This document shows, piece after piece, positions 24,682 to 36,286 of a stretch of 64,000 nucleotides of DNA (its first letter is position 1; every line of letters begins with the position of its first letter). A program made the position numbers and the translations under genes. The notes below the pieces were generated by a model. That model was not told the origin of the DNA, did not search any database, and worked only from the letters and a program-made list of their open reading frames with translations. This DNA is from Hydrolagus colliei (lineage: Eukaryota). The DNA lies in the NCBI GenBank assembly GCA_035084275.1, contig CM068747.1, positions 23,312,001 through 23,376,000 of the forward strand. Direction: 5' to 3'.

Positions 24682-25409
24682 GTACAAAATACACAGAGCA
24701 GCTCCCTGCTTCACTAGAATTCTTCTTGTTTGTGTTCATGGTTGTTGTCTGTTTTGTTTTAATGACATTAATGTACTGTTTATATTCTACTGGTGCGTCT
24801 AGTCTTAAAAAACTAATGTTTCATCTGTCTTCTGATCATTGTGATCTGTCTTGTGATCAGTCAGCGCCTTGGGACTTCTACCTGATGTGAAAGGCGCTGT
24901 ACAAATGTCATTTGTTGCTGTTGTGTTTATCACAAATTGTGTTAAAAGTGCTTTTGGAAAGTTGGTATTTCATTAACTTCTCTGCACATCCACGGAAACA
25001 CAAGGAATTGATTTGGAATAATTATTTACTTAAAGACACGCACAAGTATTTGTTAAAGTGCTGCTGTGCACTATATTATTTTAGCAATGTATAACTAAAT
25101 GCGAAAGCACACAATGTTTTTAACACAAATTTATATAATCACATAGCCAATTTCCTGTTTTGAAGAGGTTAAGTTGAATGAAACCAAAAAATGCACATTT
25201 AAAGTAAATTATACTTGAAATAAATAAAATGCAACAATTAAAATATAACCAACTATTCAATATTACCTGTTGTATTTTACGGTCTTTAATGTTACCTGTT
25301 ACGAGTCCTGTCCTTTAATGTTATCTGTTATGTGTCCTGTCTTTTTATGTATGCGTTACGTTATTCATTATGATAGTAAGGTCTGAACTTGAAATCATAT
25401 TCCTTAAAG

Positions 25410-25493
25410 TGCCGGAAGATGCAAAGAAGCCTACATCTGAAAAAGTGACACCAATCACTGTTACAGCAAGAAAGCAAGTTGTGCCTCTGAAAG
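25410..25493 (+). CDS. ttn: titin PEVK exon (84 nt) VPEDAKKPTSEKVTPITVTARKQVVPLK
   Basis: AG/GT flanks, phase 1-1. Confidence 0.9.
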
Positions 25494-25753
25494 GTATCAA
25501 AAATCATCCACCTTATCTCAAGTACATTTTTATTAAGAACTAGGCGTGTTTGTTAATTGTTGTTGGATGCAGTCGGTGGTATCATTAGAATATATTTTCT
25601 TTCATGTCTTGACTACGTTTATGCCATTTCACTGTGTGGACTTGTTTCATGTCAAATAAGTAGTGTCTTGTTCTGTTAATACCTAGTACGTGCGCGTATA
25701 ATATTTTACAACAGTGATTCCTGTTTGCCCTAAACTGTACATTGTTGTTGAAG

Positions 25754-26038
25754 AACCTGAGGTTACAAAACAACCTGCTTATGAAGAAGAAAGAGAAACT
25801 TATGAAGTTATAGAAGCTTATGAAGAATATAAGGAAGAGTATGAGGTCACAGAAGCAGAGGAAGAATATAAGGAAGAATATGAAATAGTAGAGCCATATG
25901 ATGATGAAGAGACAGAAGTATATGATGAAGAGGCAGAACAGTTTGAAGAATATACAGAAGCCTATGTTGAAGAGCCTGAAGAAGATGAAGAAGATACAAA
26001 AGTATATGAAGAAAAAGAAATAACCATGCGACCTAAAG
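25754..26038 (+). CDS. ttn: titin PEVK polyE-type exon (285 nt) EPEVTKQPAYEEERETYEV...EITMRPK
   Basis: gttgaag|...AAAG|gtacat, phase 1-1, E/Y-rich open frame. Confidence 0.88.
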
Positions 26039-26823
26039 GTACATAATAGATGTGTACATCCTACAATTGTGGGCTGCCAATAAGCATTTTATTCACTTAC
26101 AGGTGACCTGCTAGTTCATTTATTGCCTTTAGCATTTGTACCAGTGCCAATTATGCCATGCTCTGCCTACTTTCATGCTACCAAACTCTTATGTCTCGGG
26201 CATTATCTTGATTATAAATGTGAACTGTTCAGTTTCGAACTTATATAAAATGTATTTGTCAACTGCTTAGAAAACCACACAATGATAATCTGAGGTTTGC
26301 TCCTCCTGGCTCCATTAAAATAAGCAAAATTCATATTAATTTTAATTACAGATTTATGCAGAACTACATATGTGAAATTGTTGCCAAAAATAACAAATCA
26401 AGATCAAAACAGCATAACATTAGCACCTGTGTCTTAAGGGAAACTTATATTAAGAATTAGCTATACACACAAACATGTTATCTAAGAACAAGAATATACA
26501 GTTGTCGAATCTCCAGTAAAAAGACTTAGAATTCTTCATTTCCCAAATTCTTTCAAATGTGTTTTATCCATATGTATATGGCTCACAAGACTTATTTTCT
26601 TTTCTGCCGCTAATCTCAGAGTTATTTAGAAAATTCCAATTTTTTTTTCAATTTCACTATCGATACATAGAACCATCTAAAACAGAGTAACAATGAACAA
26701 TTATTGTCAATTGTTAGGTCACTTTTAAGAACGTGTTTCTTGAATTTGATACGCTGTTATCTCACATTTTTTCTTTTAAAAAAATGAACGTGGCTCACGA
26801 TGATTTTAATAATCTTTTTAAAG

Positions 26824-26898
26824 AGCCTGAAGTTGCCAAGAAACAAGTGCCTCAAAAAGTTCCAATCACAGTTCCAGGAGGTGAGGATGTTACTCCAG
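26824..26898 (+). CDS. ttn: titin PEVK exon (75 nt; alternative donor after 26880) EPEVAKKQVPQKVPITVPGGEDVTP
   Basis: tttttaaag| acceptor; two in-frame phase-1 donors. Confidence 0.8.
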
Positions 26899-27228
26899 GT
26901 ATAGAGTTGATAACATATCTAGTTAATCCGATCAGGTTCATTACTAATCCTCTACCACAATGTTTCACAGACTTCATCCACTAACTTGTTGTATTTCCAT
27001 TCCGTTTCCTTCACCATTCACGCATTCTGTGTTGTGTGTGTTTTCACTGTTTTGTGAATTTTGCTTTGGTTGTGTCTAAACTGAGTCTTGTTTTCCCGTT
27101 TGAAGTTTTGTACCACGTTTGTAACCATCTAATGTGCCTACCATGTTTGTGACATTTGCCTGTCCTGGTGTGTCTTTTCTCGTGAAAATCGTCTCCATGT
27201 TTCACAACGCTTTGAAACTTTGTGTTAG

Positions 27229-27315
27229 AAGTCCCTGAAGATGACGAGAAGATTTTAGATCAAGAAGCCGATTACGACATACCTTCAGAAAGCGAGGAAG
27301 TGATTCTGGAGAAAG
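27229..27315 (+). CDS. ttn: titin PEVK acidic exon (87/84 nt, NAGNAG) EVPEDDEKILDQEADYDIPSESEEVILEK
   Basis: tag|aag tandem acceptor; AAAG|gtatca donor. Confidence 0.82.
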
Positions 27316-27854
27316 GTATCAATTCAGATAGAAGATACTTTTTTTTAATCAACCCCAACTCCTGTATCTCACATCCACTGGAAAGGTTCTGGGATTTTGC
27401 AACATTTCTTCTGGACTCTCCCTGTTTTGCTGTTGTCACCCATAAATACGTGTCACCATTTACCAATTTATCATCTCATTTATCTTTTTGTTTCATTGCA
27501 CTTTCTTTAGTCTCAGAAGAGTTATGTTGTGAAAGAATTTGTAAACTTGATGTTTTTTTGATTGCACTCCCATGCTGATATATTTGCAGTTATGAGTCCA
27601 AATAGTTGTAAAAGAATTGCATCTGATTTCCCATAAATATTTTTAGTAGTCAAAGTATTCAAGGATCTCCATTCATTTTAGGGCATCGCCGTGTTTAATT
27701 GGGTGGGTGTGGGGTGGGGGTGGGTGGGTGTGCGAGTGAACCAACTGGCAAAGGTAGAGTTTCAAGGTGAAATGTTGAATTAGAACCTTTAACAATGCCT
27801 CTCTTTTAAAATATGAAATACTTTTAATTTTTAAATCAGATTAATGTACAGGTG

Positions 27855-27855
<1 letters not shown>

Positions 27856-27885
<30 letters not shown>
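27856..27885. repeat. (TCAA)n microsatellite
   Basis: Direct reading. Confidence 0.9.
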
Positions 27886-27886
<1 letters not shown>

Positions 27887-28831
27887 GGGTAGATGGATAC
27901 ATCTGGAAGGTGGTAGAAACTGAAAATATTCAGCGTTATAAGATTTACAGAAAGATATATTGAAGGAATCTTGAGAATGTATTCTACGGTTCAGAACCAT
28001 AGAAATTTACATCACAGAAGAAGGCCATTGAACGAGCAAACCATTCAGTCCCACTTACCTGCTTTCTCTTCCTACCGCAGCAAATGACTGCTTTTTATGT
28101 CTTCCACGTTGTGGCATTGTTCCCATGTATTTGTTTGTCAATGCTGTGTTATTATTAGTTACCTTTTTTTTGTCAGTGTTTCAGATTTTCTATGTGAGTC
28201 AATATTGTTACAAAAAGTAATAAGTGGTGACAGTTACCTAGAAGAATGGGCCTGATAGTCCTTGGCTTCTGTGAAACCTGTGGTGGAATCAATATAATGT
28301 AAAACGGATGAGAGTAACTCAATATCATGTGTCACTAGTACAAAGTCCACAAACTGTTCTAAGTTTCATCCTCACGACATTTCTTCATTTACAGATATTT
28401 TATTTCCCATAGAAAATTATTTCCTACCGCAATTTGAAAATGTTTCCTTTTAATTTTCATTTGCTTATGCGTCATAGTATCCTACAATCCTATGGATGGA
28501 TTTATTTCTGACATCCCACGTGTTATGGAGCTAAAAGAATGCAAAATATGTCAGGCTGTTTATGTTAATTGGAGATAGCAGAAGTGTATCTGTGTTCACT
28601 TAGAATTTATAGATGGAGATGTTGCTAAACGCTCTTTATTTACATAAGAACATAAGAAATGGTGGACTTAAAAGTCCAAGGTCCATCTAGTTTGCCTTCC
28701 ACTTTCCTACCAGTCGCTTGCACTTGTGTCCCAAATTACCTATGTACCATATCCCCCAAATTTTTAATTCTGCTTGGAATCTACATGCCTTTCAAACTCG
28801 CTCACCTACTATCTTTTCAATCTCCTTACAG

Positions 28832-28891
28832 CTCCCGGGATTGAGGAAAAACCAACACCCACCGTAGTTTCTGAAGCAGAACCAACAAAAG
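28832..28891 (+). CDS. ttn: titin PEVK exon (60 nt) APGIEEKPTPTVVSEAEPTK
   Basis: ccttacag|...AAAG|gtaata, phase 1-1. Confidence 0.85.
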
Positions 28892-29410
28892 GTAATATAT
28901 ATAAAAGAAATATATTTCAGCATGATTTTAGAGTTGAACTTTCCCATCTTTGCAATGATTAGATAATATTTGGTACTTTTTCTAGCAGCTTTTTATCCTC
29001 AGACAATGTCAGCTTTTGGAATATTTCTCTGATTGAAAGATCAATGTGAATGCAGCAGAACTATATTCATGAATTTTCTTGAGCCTTGAGAATTGAGGAT
29101 CACATTTTAGCCCAATTCACAGAAGATTCTATGATTTTAAATATTTTCATATTCCAAAAAATTGCATACATGCAATAATGTGACGAGTCAAAAAATTCTA
29201 ACAAATCGGAGAAGGGATGAAAGGAAGTTATGAGGCCACAAGATGGAAAGGATTCTCCACATTTAACTGTACCTGGACCTCAATAATAAACCTTTGGCCC
29301 CAATCAAAGGATTGTAACAAGAAAAAAAATACAAATTTGCTTGGCAAAAGAAGACTAGGGACCATCCAGTTCGCCTTCCACCAAACTACAGTATATAGTG
29401 TACTCCAAGA

Positions 29411-29870
29411 TATAATAATAACAACAACTTGGATTTATATAGCAGCCTCCACACCAGACGGCATCTCAGAGTGCATCACAATAGCAGAGCCCGGAACCGA
29501 ATCAGGGGGAGGGGGATAAGGAAGGTGAACCGTAGGCGCGATCGAATAAAAGGTCTTCAGGCGCGACCGAAAATAGAAAACGAGAGGGCAAGGTAAAGCG
29601 ATTGAGGGAGGGAGTTCCAGATCTTCAGGGAGTAGTGGCTGAAGGCACGGCCACCGATGGTGGAGCGGAGGATTTGGGGAACAAGGAGGAGGCCAGACCC
29701 AATAGAGTGGAGGCAGCGGGTACTGATGTGAGGAGAGAGAAGGTTAGAGAGGTGGGGGTGGGGAGGTGGGTGCAGAGGAGTGGAGGGATTTAAAGACGAG
29801 AGTGACGATCTTGAAGTCAATCCGCTCTGTGACCGGGAGTCGGTGAAGTCTGCCAAGGACTGGGGTAATC
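29411..29870 (-). mobile_element. L2-clade LINE 3' fragment
   Basis: Minus frame SGLLLVPQILRSTIGGRAFSHYSLKIWNSLP; (ACA)n tail. Confidence 0.85.
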
Positions 29871-31411
29871 ATCAAGGATCATACATTGCTTTGCAGCAAG
29901 AATTTAGTAGCTCAACTATTGGAGGGTATCCATTAATATGATCCAGCAGAGAACTCCAAGATTCTTCACTGCTTGCCATTGACAAGAACATTCATATACA
30001 GTAGGTGAAGAAGTCCAGCAGTCTGAGAAGAACCAAATTGGAGCCCAGATGATTGGGACTCAATTGGTTGTATTCCACTTTCAAAAGCATTCTTCTCTCA
30101 AGGTGCTGCTGCACTAATTGAAATTCTAGAATAATGTATCTCTGCTTAGTCATCATAGCTCTTTAAAGGAAGCATTCACTCTAGTTGGTGATTTTTAGCC
30201 TCCATAGCAATGCATAACAACTAACCCTATATCCACATTACTGTAGCTAACTACAATAACAATGGCATGTGTGTGAACATGCAATTAATCATATTTGGTA
30301 AATAAAAGAATATTTATATATTTATATATTGTGGTTATTATGTGTATGATGTACTTGCTTACAGCCAACGAGAAATCTCTCAATGGGACTATTTACATGT
30401 CTTACTACTACTACAACAACAACAACTTGCATTTTTATAGCGCCCTTCAGGCGGGATAGCATCCTAGAGCACTTCACAGCGATAGCGAGTTTGACAATGA
30501 ACCAGGGGGAGAGGGAGAGACTTAGTGCTCTAAGTCTGTAATGCTCATGCCTCTAAAATGAAGGCTCTGCCTCCATATAAATTGAGGTACCCTTGACTCA
30601 GTGCGGCAGGAAAAGGGATCAGAAACACTACCTGGTGGTGGACCAGGGAGCTGAGTGCCTAGAATTGTCATTGTGGAAGGTCTTGTGACTTTGCCATTAG
30701 TGGGTTCCGTAAGTGAAGCAAATTTGCTGAGGTTTGAAAAGGCTTGTCTACAAAGTCACCAAATCACCCTCTCGAGATTATCTGGAATCGGAAGTTATGT
30801 CCACTCTCTTCAACTCTGGAAGAGATGGCTCCTCGGAGACTGAAGCCCGTTTGACTCTTAGCCTATGCGACCATGTATGTCTCTAAAGCAAGACCCATGT
30901 TGCTCATCCATCATGGACAACCTTTGGCTTTGAACAAGATAACAACAACAACAAAAAATTACATTTGTTTAGTGCCTTTCAAGTCGGGAGGAAGTTTCAA
31001 ACCACTGATAAGTGCAATAGGCTATACACGTAGCCTACTGCAGTTTCTTAAACTTTGGATAGCATGGCTCTTCTCCGAGGAAATTACCAATGTTTTCCAG
31101 GTTATGTAAACTGAGGGAAAATCTTCCTTTGTTACCTCTGAAATGCAACAAGATTCCAGCCTTACCATATATTCAGTTGTGGTACTAAAATCCATCCCCC
31201 ATCTGACAGATCAATCTGCAGCCTTCGAGTCGAAATGCAAGTTCACACAAAAGTATCAACAGGTGATTCCGAGAAGATACCTGGTGTTGCAACTGCTGCG
31301 ATGAGGGACAGCTTTTTGTGTAATTGTTCAGAGTGCCTGAGTTCCATATGATTGTACAGTTTTGAGTCTCTGATTATCACAGCGCCTAAATTATGTATTA
31401 ATCTTTTTCAG

Positions 31412-31471
31412 AAGTACCTGGTATTACAGCTCCTATAACAACTCCAATCGGAGGCAAGAGACCTGTGAAAG
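31412..31471 (+). CDS. ttn: titin PEVK exon (60 nt) EVPGITAPITTPIGGKRPVK
   Basis: ctttttcag|...AAAG|gtacag; resembles human PTPIAAPVTVPVVGKK (recalled). Confidence 0.85.
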
Positions 31472-31902
31472 GTACAGTCTATCAAACGCAACTTGAAGCT
31501 TTGTTTAATAAATGCAAAACATCCAAATGTGAGGTGTTGGTTTCCTGATTGTCAATATTTGGGCCAGTCGAATATGAAATGCTGCATAATTTTAAACTTT
31601 AGTCCACAGGTATATAAATGTTGTGTATTAGTAATGTATCAAACTGTCCTTCCAGTCCGTTGAAGAATCCGTTGCAATTTATGTAAATTACGTCTTGTGA
31701 TTCTTCCTGTTTATATGTCTTTAGGAGTATTTGGTTGTCTATCAAAACGTTCCTCAGTCTGTTTCAACCTAGGGAACCTAAATGTAGTCCACAAAGTACG
31801 ATACTGTTTGATTTTATGTTGTTCTGCTGTTAAACGTTTCTTTTATGGAATTGATGTTGTCCTTGTTAATCAATCACTAAATGTAATATAAAACCTTTGT
31901 AG

Positions 31903-34392
31903 CTACAGAAAAAACAGAGGCACCTTTGAAATTAAAACCAGCAGCCAAAGTTCCCAAGGAAGTAGTGGAAGACTCGTTAGAAATCCCAAATCTGAAGAAA
32001 ACTAGTAAGATTTCTAAGGAAGACGAAGGTGAACAACGCATTATACGCAAGAAGTTTGATGCATCACCTAAAGAAGAGGAAAAACAATTAGAATTAAAAC
32101 GTAGGATACATGTTAAAAGCCCCAAGGAAACGGAACCTGACCGGGATGTTTTAGCATTAAAGAAAGATGGAATAATTGCAAAGGAGGAAGAAGAACATAG
32201 ACAGTCAGTACTAAAAATAGTTAGCGATGTCCCTAAAATAGAAGATAAGGAAAAGAGAACAACACTCAAAAAACCAGAGAAGATCACCACCGAAAGAGAG
32301 ATCGTAGACAAACCATTGATGAAGAGGTTTGGTAGAGTTCCTAAAGAAGAAAAGGAACCAGAAAGTGTAGTACTTAAAACACCGAGTAGGGTCCCCAAAC
32401 AAGAGAGTGTGCCAGATAAGGGATTAGAGAAGAAACCCAAAGAAGACATCATGAAAGAAAAAGAGTTAGCAGCAAAGACACCTAGTAGAGTCCCCAAGGG
32501 CATAGAAGACCGAGGAAAGCAATTAGTACTCGAAAGGGATGATGAAGTTCCTGTAGAAAAAGGACAAGAGACAGTGACAGAACCTGAAAAAGTTCCCGTG
32601 GAGGTAGGTGAAAGGGAAAAGCCATCAGTGAAATGGGCTGAAGTTCCTATGCCAGAGAAAGCAAAACAAACTGTCATTCCAACGAAGAAGCCGAGCAAAA
32701 GCCCCAAGGAGCAAGAGAAAGAAGAAAAACATTTGATACAGAAAAAAGTTCATACAATTCCCAAAGCCGAGGAGGAGAAAATGGAACATCCGAGTCTCAA
32801 GAGAGTTGACTTTCCCAAAGTTGTTCAAGATGAACCCAGGATTAAACCATTGGTTGAAGAAGAGAAACCTAAAGGGATAGACATTCATCCAATGGAAAGG
32901 ATGCCAAGGGAGACCATTTTAGAAAAGCCTGCAGATAAACCTCTTCCAGGACAAGTTACCCCTGAAGAGGCTGATGTTCCTCCTAAACGAGTACCTGAGA
33001 AGAAAGTGGTGGCTCCCAAAGAGACGCCTCCCGAGTCTCGTTTAAAAATTGGTAAAGGGAAAGTGCCAAGATTGGAAGAGGACAAGGAAAATGTCGAGTT
33101 AAAACCGATTCCCTCAAAAAGAAAGCCGTCGGAAGAAAAAGAGCCCCAGAAACCTCCTAAAGTACCCGAAAAGCAAATAACTATACCAAGGGAATTCATT
33201 ACGTCAAAGGAAAAACCTAATGCCTCAAGCTCTCCCATAGGTAAGGGCAAAGTGCCAGTCTCAGAAGAACAGAAAGAACCCGTGCAACTTGAAAAAGTCC
33301 CTACACCAGAAACTATATTAGAGGAAAAGGAACCACAGAAAATAGCGGACAAGGTGCCAATATCCGACGAGACGCCTGGTGAGAAGCAGCTTCTCATTGG
33401 CAAAGGCAAAGTGCCAGTTTCAGAAATAGGGAAAGTTGCCGCAGAGCTCAAGAAAGTGCCCTCAAAAGAGGTTGTGTCAGATGAAAAAGAACCAAGGAAA
33501 GTACCTGGAAGGAAAGGCATATCCCCTAAGGCATCCCCAAAAGAGAAACCAGATTTTGTGGACACTACAATTAGCAAAGGAAAAGTGCCCATATCAGAAA
33601 TACCAAAGGAAGCTGTTGAGGTGAAGAAAGTTCCCTCAAAGGAAGTTGTGGCAGAGGAAAAAGAACCAAAGAAAATACTGGGGAGAAAAGTGATTTCCCC
33701 CAAAGAGAAACCAGATGATGTAGATATTAGAATTAGCAAAGGGAAAGTGCCCCTATCAGAAACACCCACAGAAAATGTAGAGGTGAAGAAAGTTCCCTCA
33801 AAGGAAATCATGGCAGATGGAAAAGAACCAAAGAAAATACCTGGAAGGAAAGTCATATCCCCTAAAGTATCCCCTATAGAGAGACCAGATGCCGTGGACA
33901 GTAAAATTAGCAAAGGGAAAGTGCCCGTTTCAGAAATACTAAAGGAAACTGTAGAGATGAGGAAAGTTCCCTCAAAGGAAATAGTGGCTGATGAAAAAGA
34001 ACCAAAGAAAATACCTGGAAGAAAAGTTATTTCCCCTAAAGAGAAACCCGAGGCTGTAGATCGTAAAATTAGGAAAGAGAAAGTGCCCGTTTCAAGCAAA
34101 GAAAGCGAAACAGTAGACCTGGACAAGACCCCTTCGGAAGACATTTCACAGGGAGAATCTGAAGAAATGCATGAAGCAGCTGGTGAAGAAGCTAATGAAG
34201 GCAGGTATGAAGAGCCAGAAGAAGAGACTGAGGAGATATCATCCGAAGAATTACCATACACAGAGGATTGGGAATGGGAAGGAACCGAAGGAGAGGAAGA
34301 ATATGGGTCATCTGTGGATTGGGAATATGAAGATGATGAAGAATTAGTTGAGGGTGTAGTTCAGACTCCTGGACAGTCTTCCAAGCGACGAG
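31903..34392 (+). CDS. ttn: titin giant PEVK-like exon (2490 nt, 830 aa) with KGKVP repeats and an acidic tail
   Basis: ctttgtag| acceptor (alternative CAG at 31908), CGAG|gtgaga donor, phase 1-1, no stops, P/E/V/K-rich. Confidence 0.88.
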
Positions 34393-34989
34393 GTGAGATG
34401 GCTGCAGATCTACACTCATCATATGCTTGGAAAACTAGTCAGTGTTCCTCAGTGTTGTGTATGTGTGTCTGTCTGTGTCAAATGTCTTTCTCTTGGCAGT
34501 TTGTCTGCTGGTGTGTGCATGAAGCACTAGGGACGTCAACCGTGATACAAAATTAATGTCCATTATTTGTGCTTTGTCTGTGTGGTTTTATCTTTTCTGT
34601 CTGAAAAGATCATTTGTTTTTTATTTGCTATTAACAGAACTATGGGTGAATTATTCAGTAATTTTCACATCCCTTTCATGGTTAGGGAATTCTGTGAAAA
34701 TTAAAAAAAAATGTCTGGTATCACATTTTTCTCATCTTTAAGCTAACAGATATTCATTTTAATTTCTTCTAGCATATCGAGTAAGCATTTAATTAATACA
34801 TTAAGATGGTCCCAGTATTCTTTTTAAAATATTTTTTGTATCTACATAAATATTTTTGCTTTATTGAAGAACATTTTACTCGTCTCAATTTTCAGTCGTG
34901 AGTTACTAGTCGTTTAACAGTTCACTTTTCATGCGGTAATACAGTAATCCCTTCTAAAAAAACAATGAAACAGTAATAATGATAATTTG

Positions 34990-35152
34990 TTCACTCAATC
35001 CTCGACTGTTTGTGGGACACTGCTGTGCGCAATTGGCTGCCGTGTTTTGCCCACAAAATATACAGTCAATTCATTTTACGGTATATTCTGTGAAGAGCTT
35101 CGAGACATCTCGAAGACTTGATAAGGCGCTCTATTAAATGCAAAGATTATTA
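34990..35152 (+). mobile_element. Deu-domain SINE 3' part
   Basis: ctgtttgtgggacactgctgtgcgcaattggctgcc...gataaggcgct..(ATT)n. Confidence 0.75.
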
Positions 35153-35217
35153 TAACATCTAACTATTTGCTAGGAAACTTGTGGTGTGCCGATACTTACA
35201 TTACTATCTCACTACAG

Positions 35218-35268
35218 ATGCTAAGGCACCAGGTGAAGAAGCCGGCAGAGGAAGAGGTTCTCCAAGAG
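35218..35268 (+). CDS. ttn: titin PEVK exon (51 nt) DAKAPGEEAGRGRGSPR
   Basis: actacag|...AGAG|gtgaga; resembles human EAKAPKEEAAKPK (recalled). Confidence 0.82.
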
Positions 35269-36286
35269 GTGAGAGGATCTAACAAGCAGACAGTCTCAGC
35301 TTCAATTGGCTGCATGATTATACACATGTATAAGTGTCACATGAACACTATTAACCTCAGCTGATGGCTATAATAGTGTTCCAATGTGTCACACCAACAA
35401 TTACGCAATATTAATGAATTATCTTAGTATCTAAAACACCCTGTTAGAATGTCACACTTATGTCTGTGAAAAAATCTGAAGTTTCCACAGCTCTCTCTTT
35501 TTTAAAAAAAAGAGTTATTTCAGAATTGTGATACGTCAAATTGATTTGCTTGGCCTTGCGATCTCATTACTGTAGTATGGTTAACTGAGTGAATCTGTAA
35601 ATTTGAATATTAGTTTGCCCTGCATTATTTGTCCACTTTATAAAGTATTTTTACACCTACAAACAATAAATATTATACAAGAGTGTGTGTTCAGTTTGCA
35701 TTCTGCAGAGTTGCTGCACTTGAGACTTGTAGAAGCATGTTTGCACGGAAACTAAATAAGAAAAATTATCTCTGCTTTGATTGTGATAGCCTCGTTGGGA
35801 CCTAATGATCACAGATGCATGCGTTTTTTTTCTCTGTGTGTGCTAAGGAAACAGTGTTTATGCGACTGTACCAGATTAGTTACACGTTGAATTACACTTG
35901 CATTGTTCTGAAGACTTATGATTTGGAATCGTTGCTTCTTCCTTGATGAATGGCGAATATTCTGCATCCATATTGAAATGATAGTAGCTGTAGATACTGT
36001 AGATGGCATAAATAAATTCTATCATCTGAAATCAGTATGGCATGATGGAATGCATAGACTTTGAATGATGGGCTTCCGTGCACCAGGTTTGCATCTCCTT
36101 GGCCAGACAGTTGCCATTGCTCTTGCTTGCATCTCCGCCTTTTAGTTTTTTACCAACTGAAACATGGCACGTGGCGGCATCTCATGTCTGGTTCACCTCA
36201 AAACTCCTTCAGAAGCATGCGAAACGAGAAAGAAATAAACCCAAACAAAAAATCCAATGTATTTATGTCCCAACTCTGAATTTTAG

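Noticed and set aside
1000-25500. Regularly spaced conserved ~84-nt units resembling a repeat-spacer (CRISPR-like) array
   Set aside because: Units are AG/GT-bounded coding exons of a vertebrate gene; the spacers are introns of 0.2-1.2 kb; no cas genes
28900-31400. Possible additional PEVK exons in the 2.5 kb intron
   Set aside because: No AG-ORF-GT unit with PEVK composition found by eye; a very short exon could have been missed
31877-34261. Long minus-strand ORFs (276 aa and 458 aa)
   Set aside because: S/F/G/T-rich antisense shadow of the K/E/P-biased giant exon; its codon usage rarely creates antisense stops
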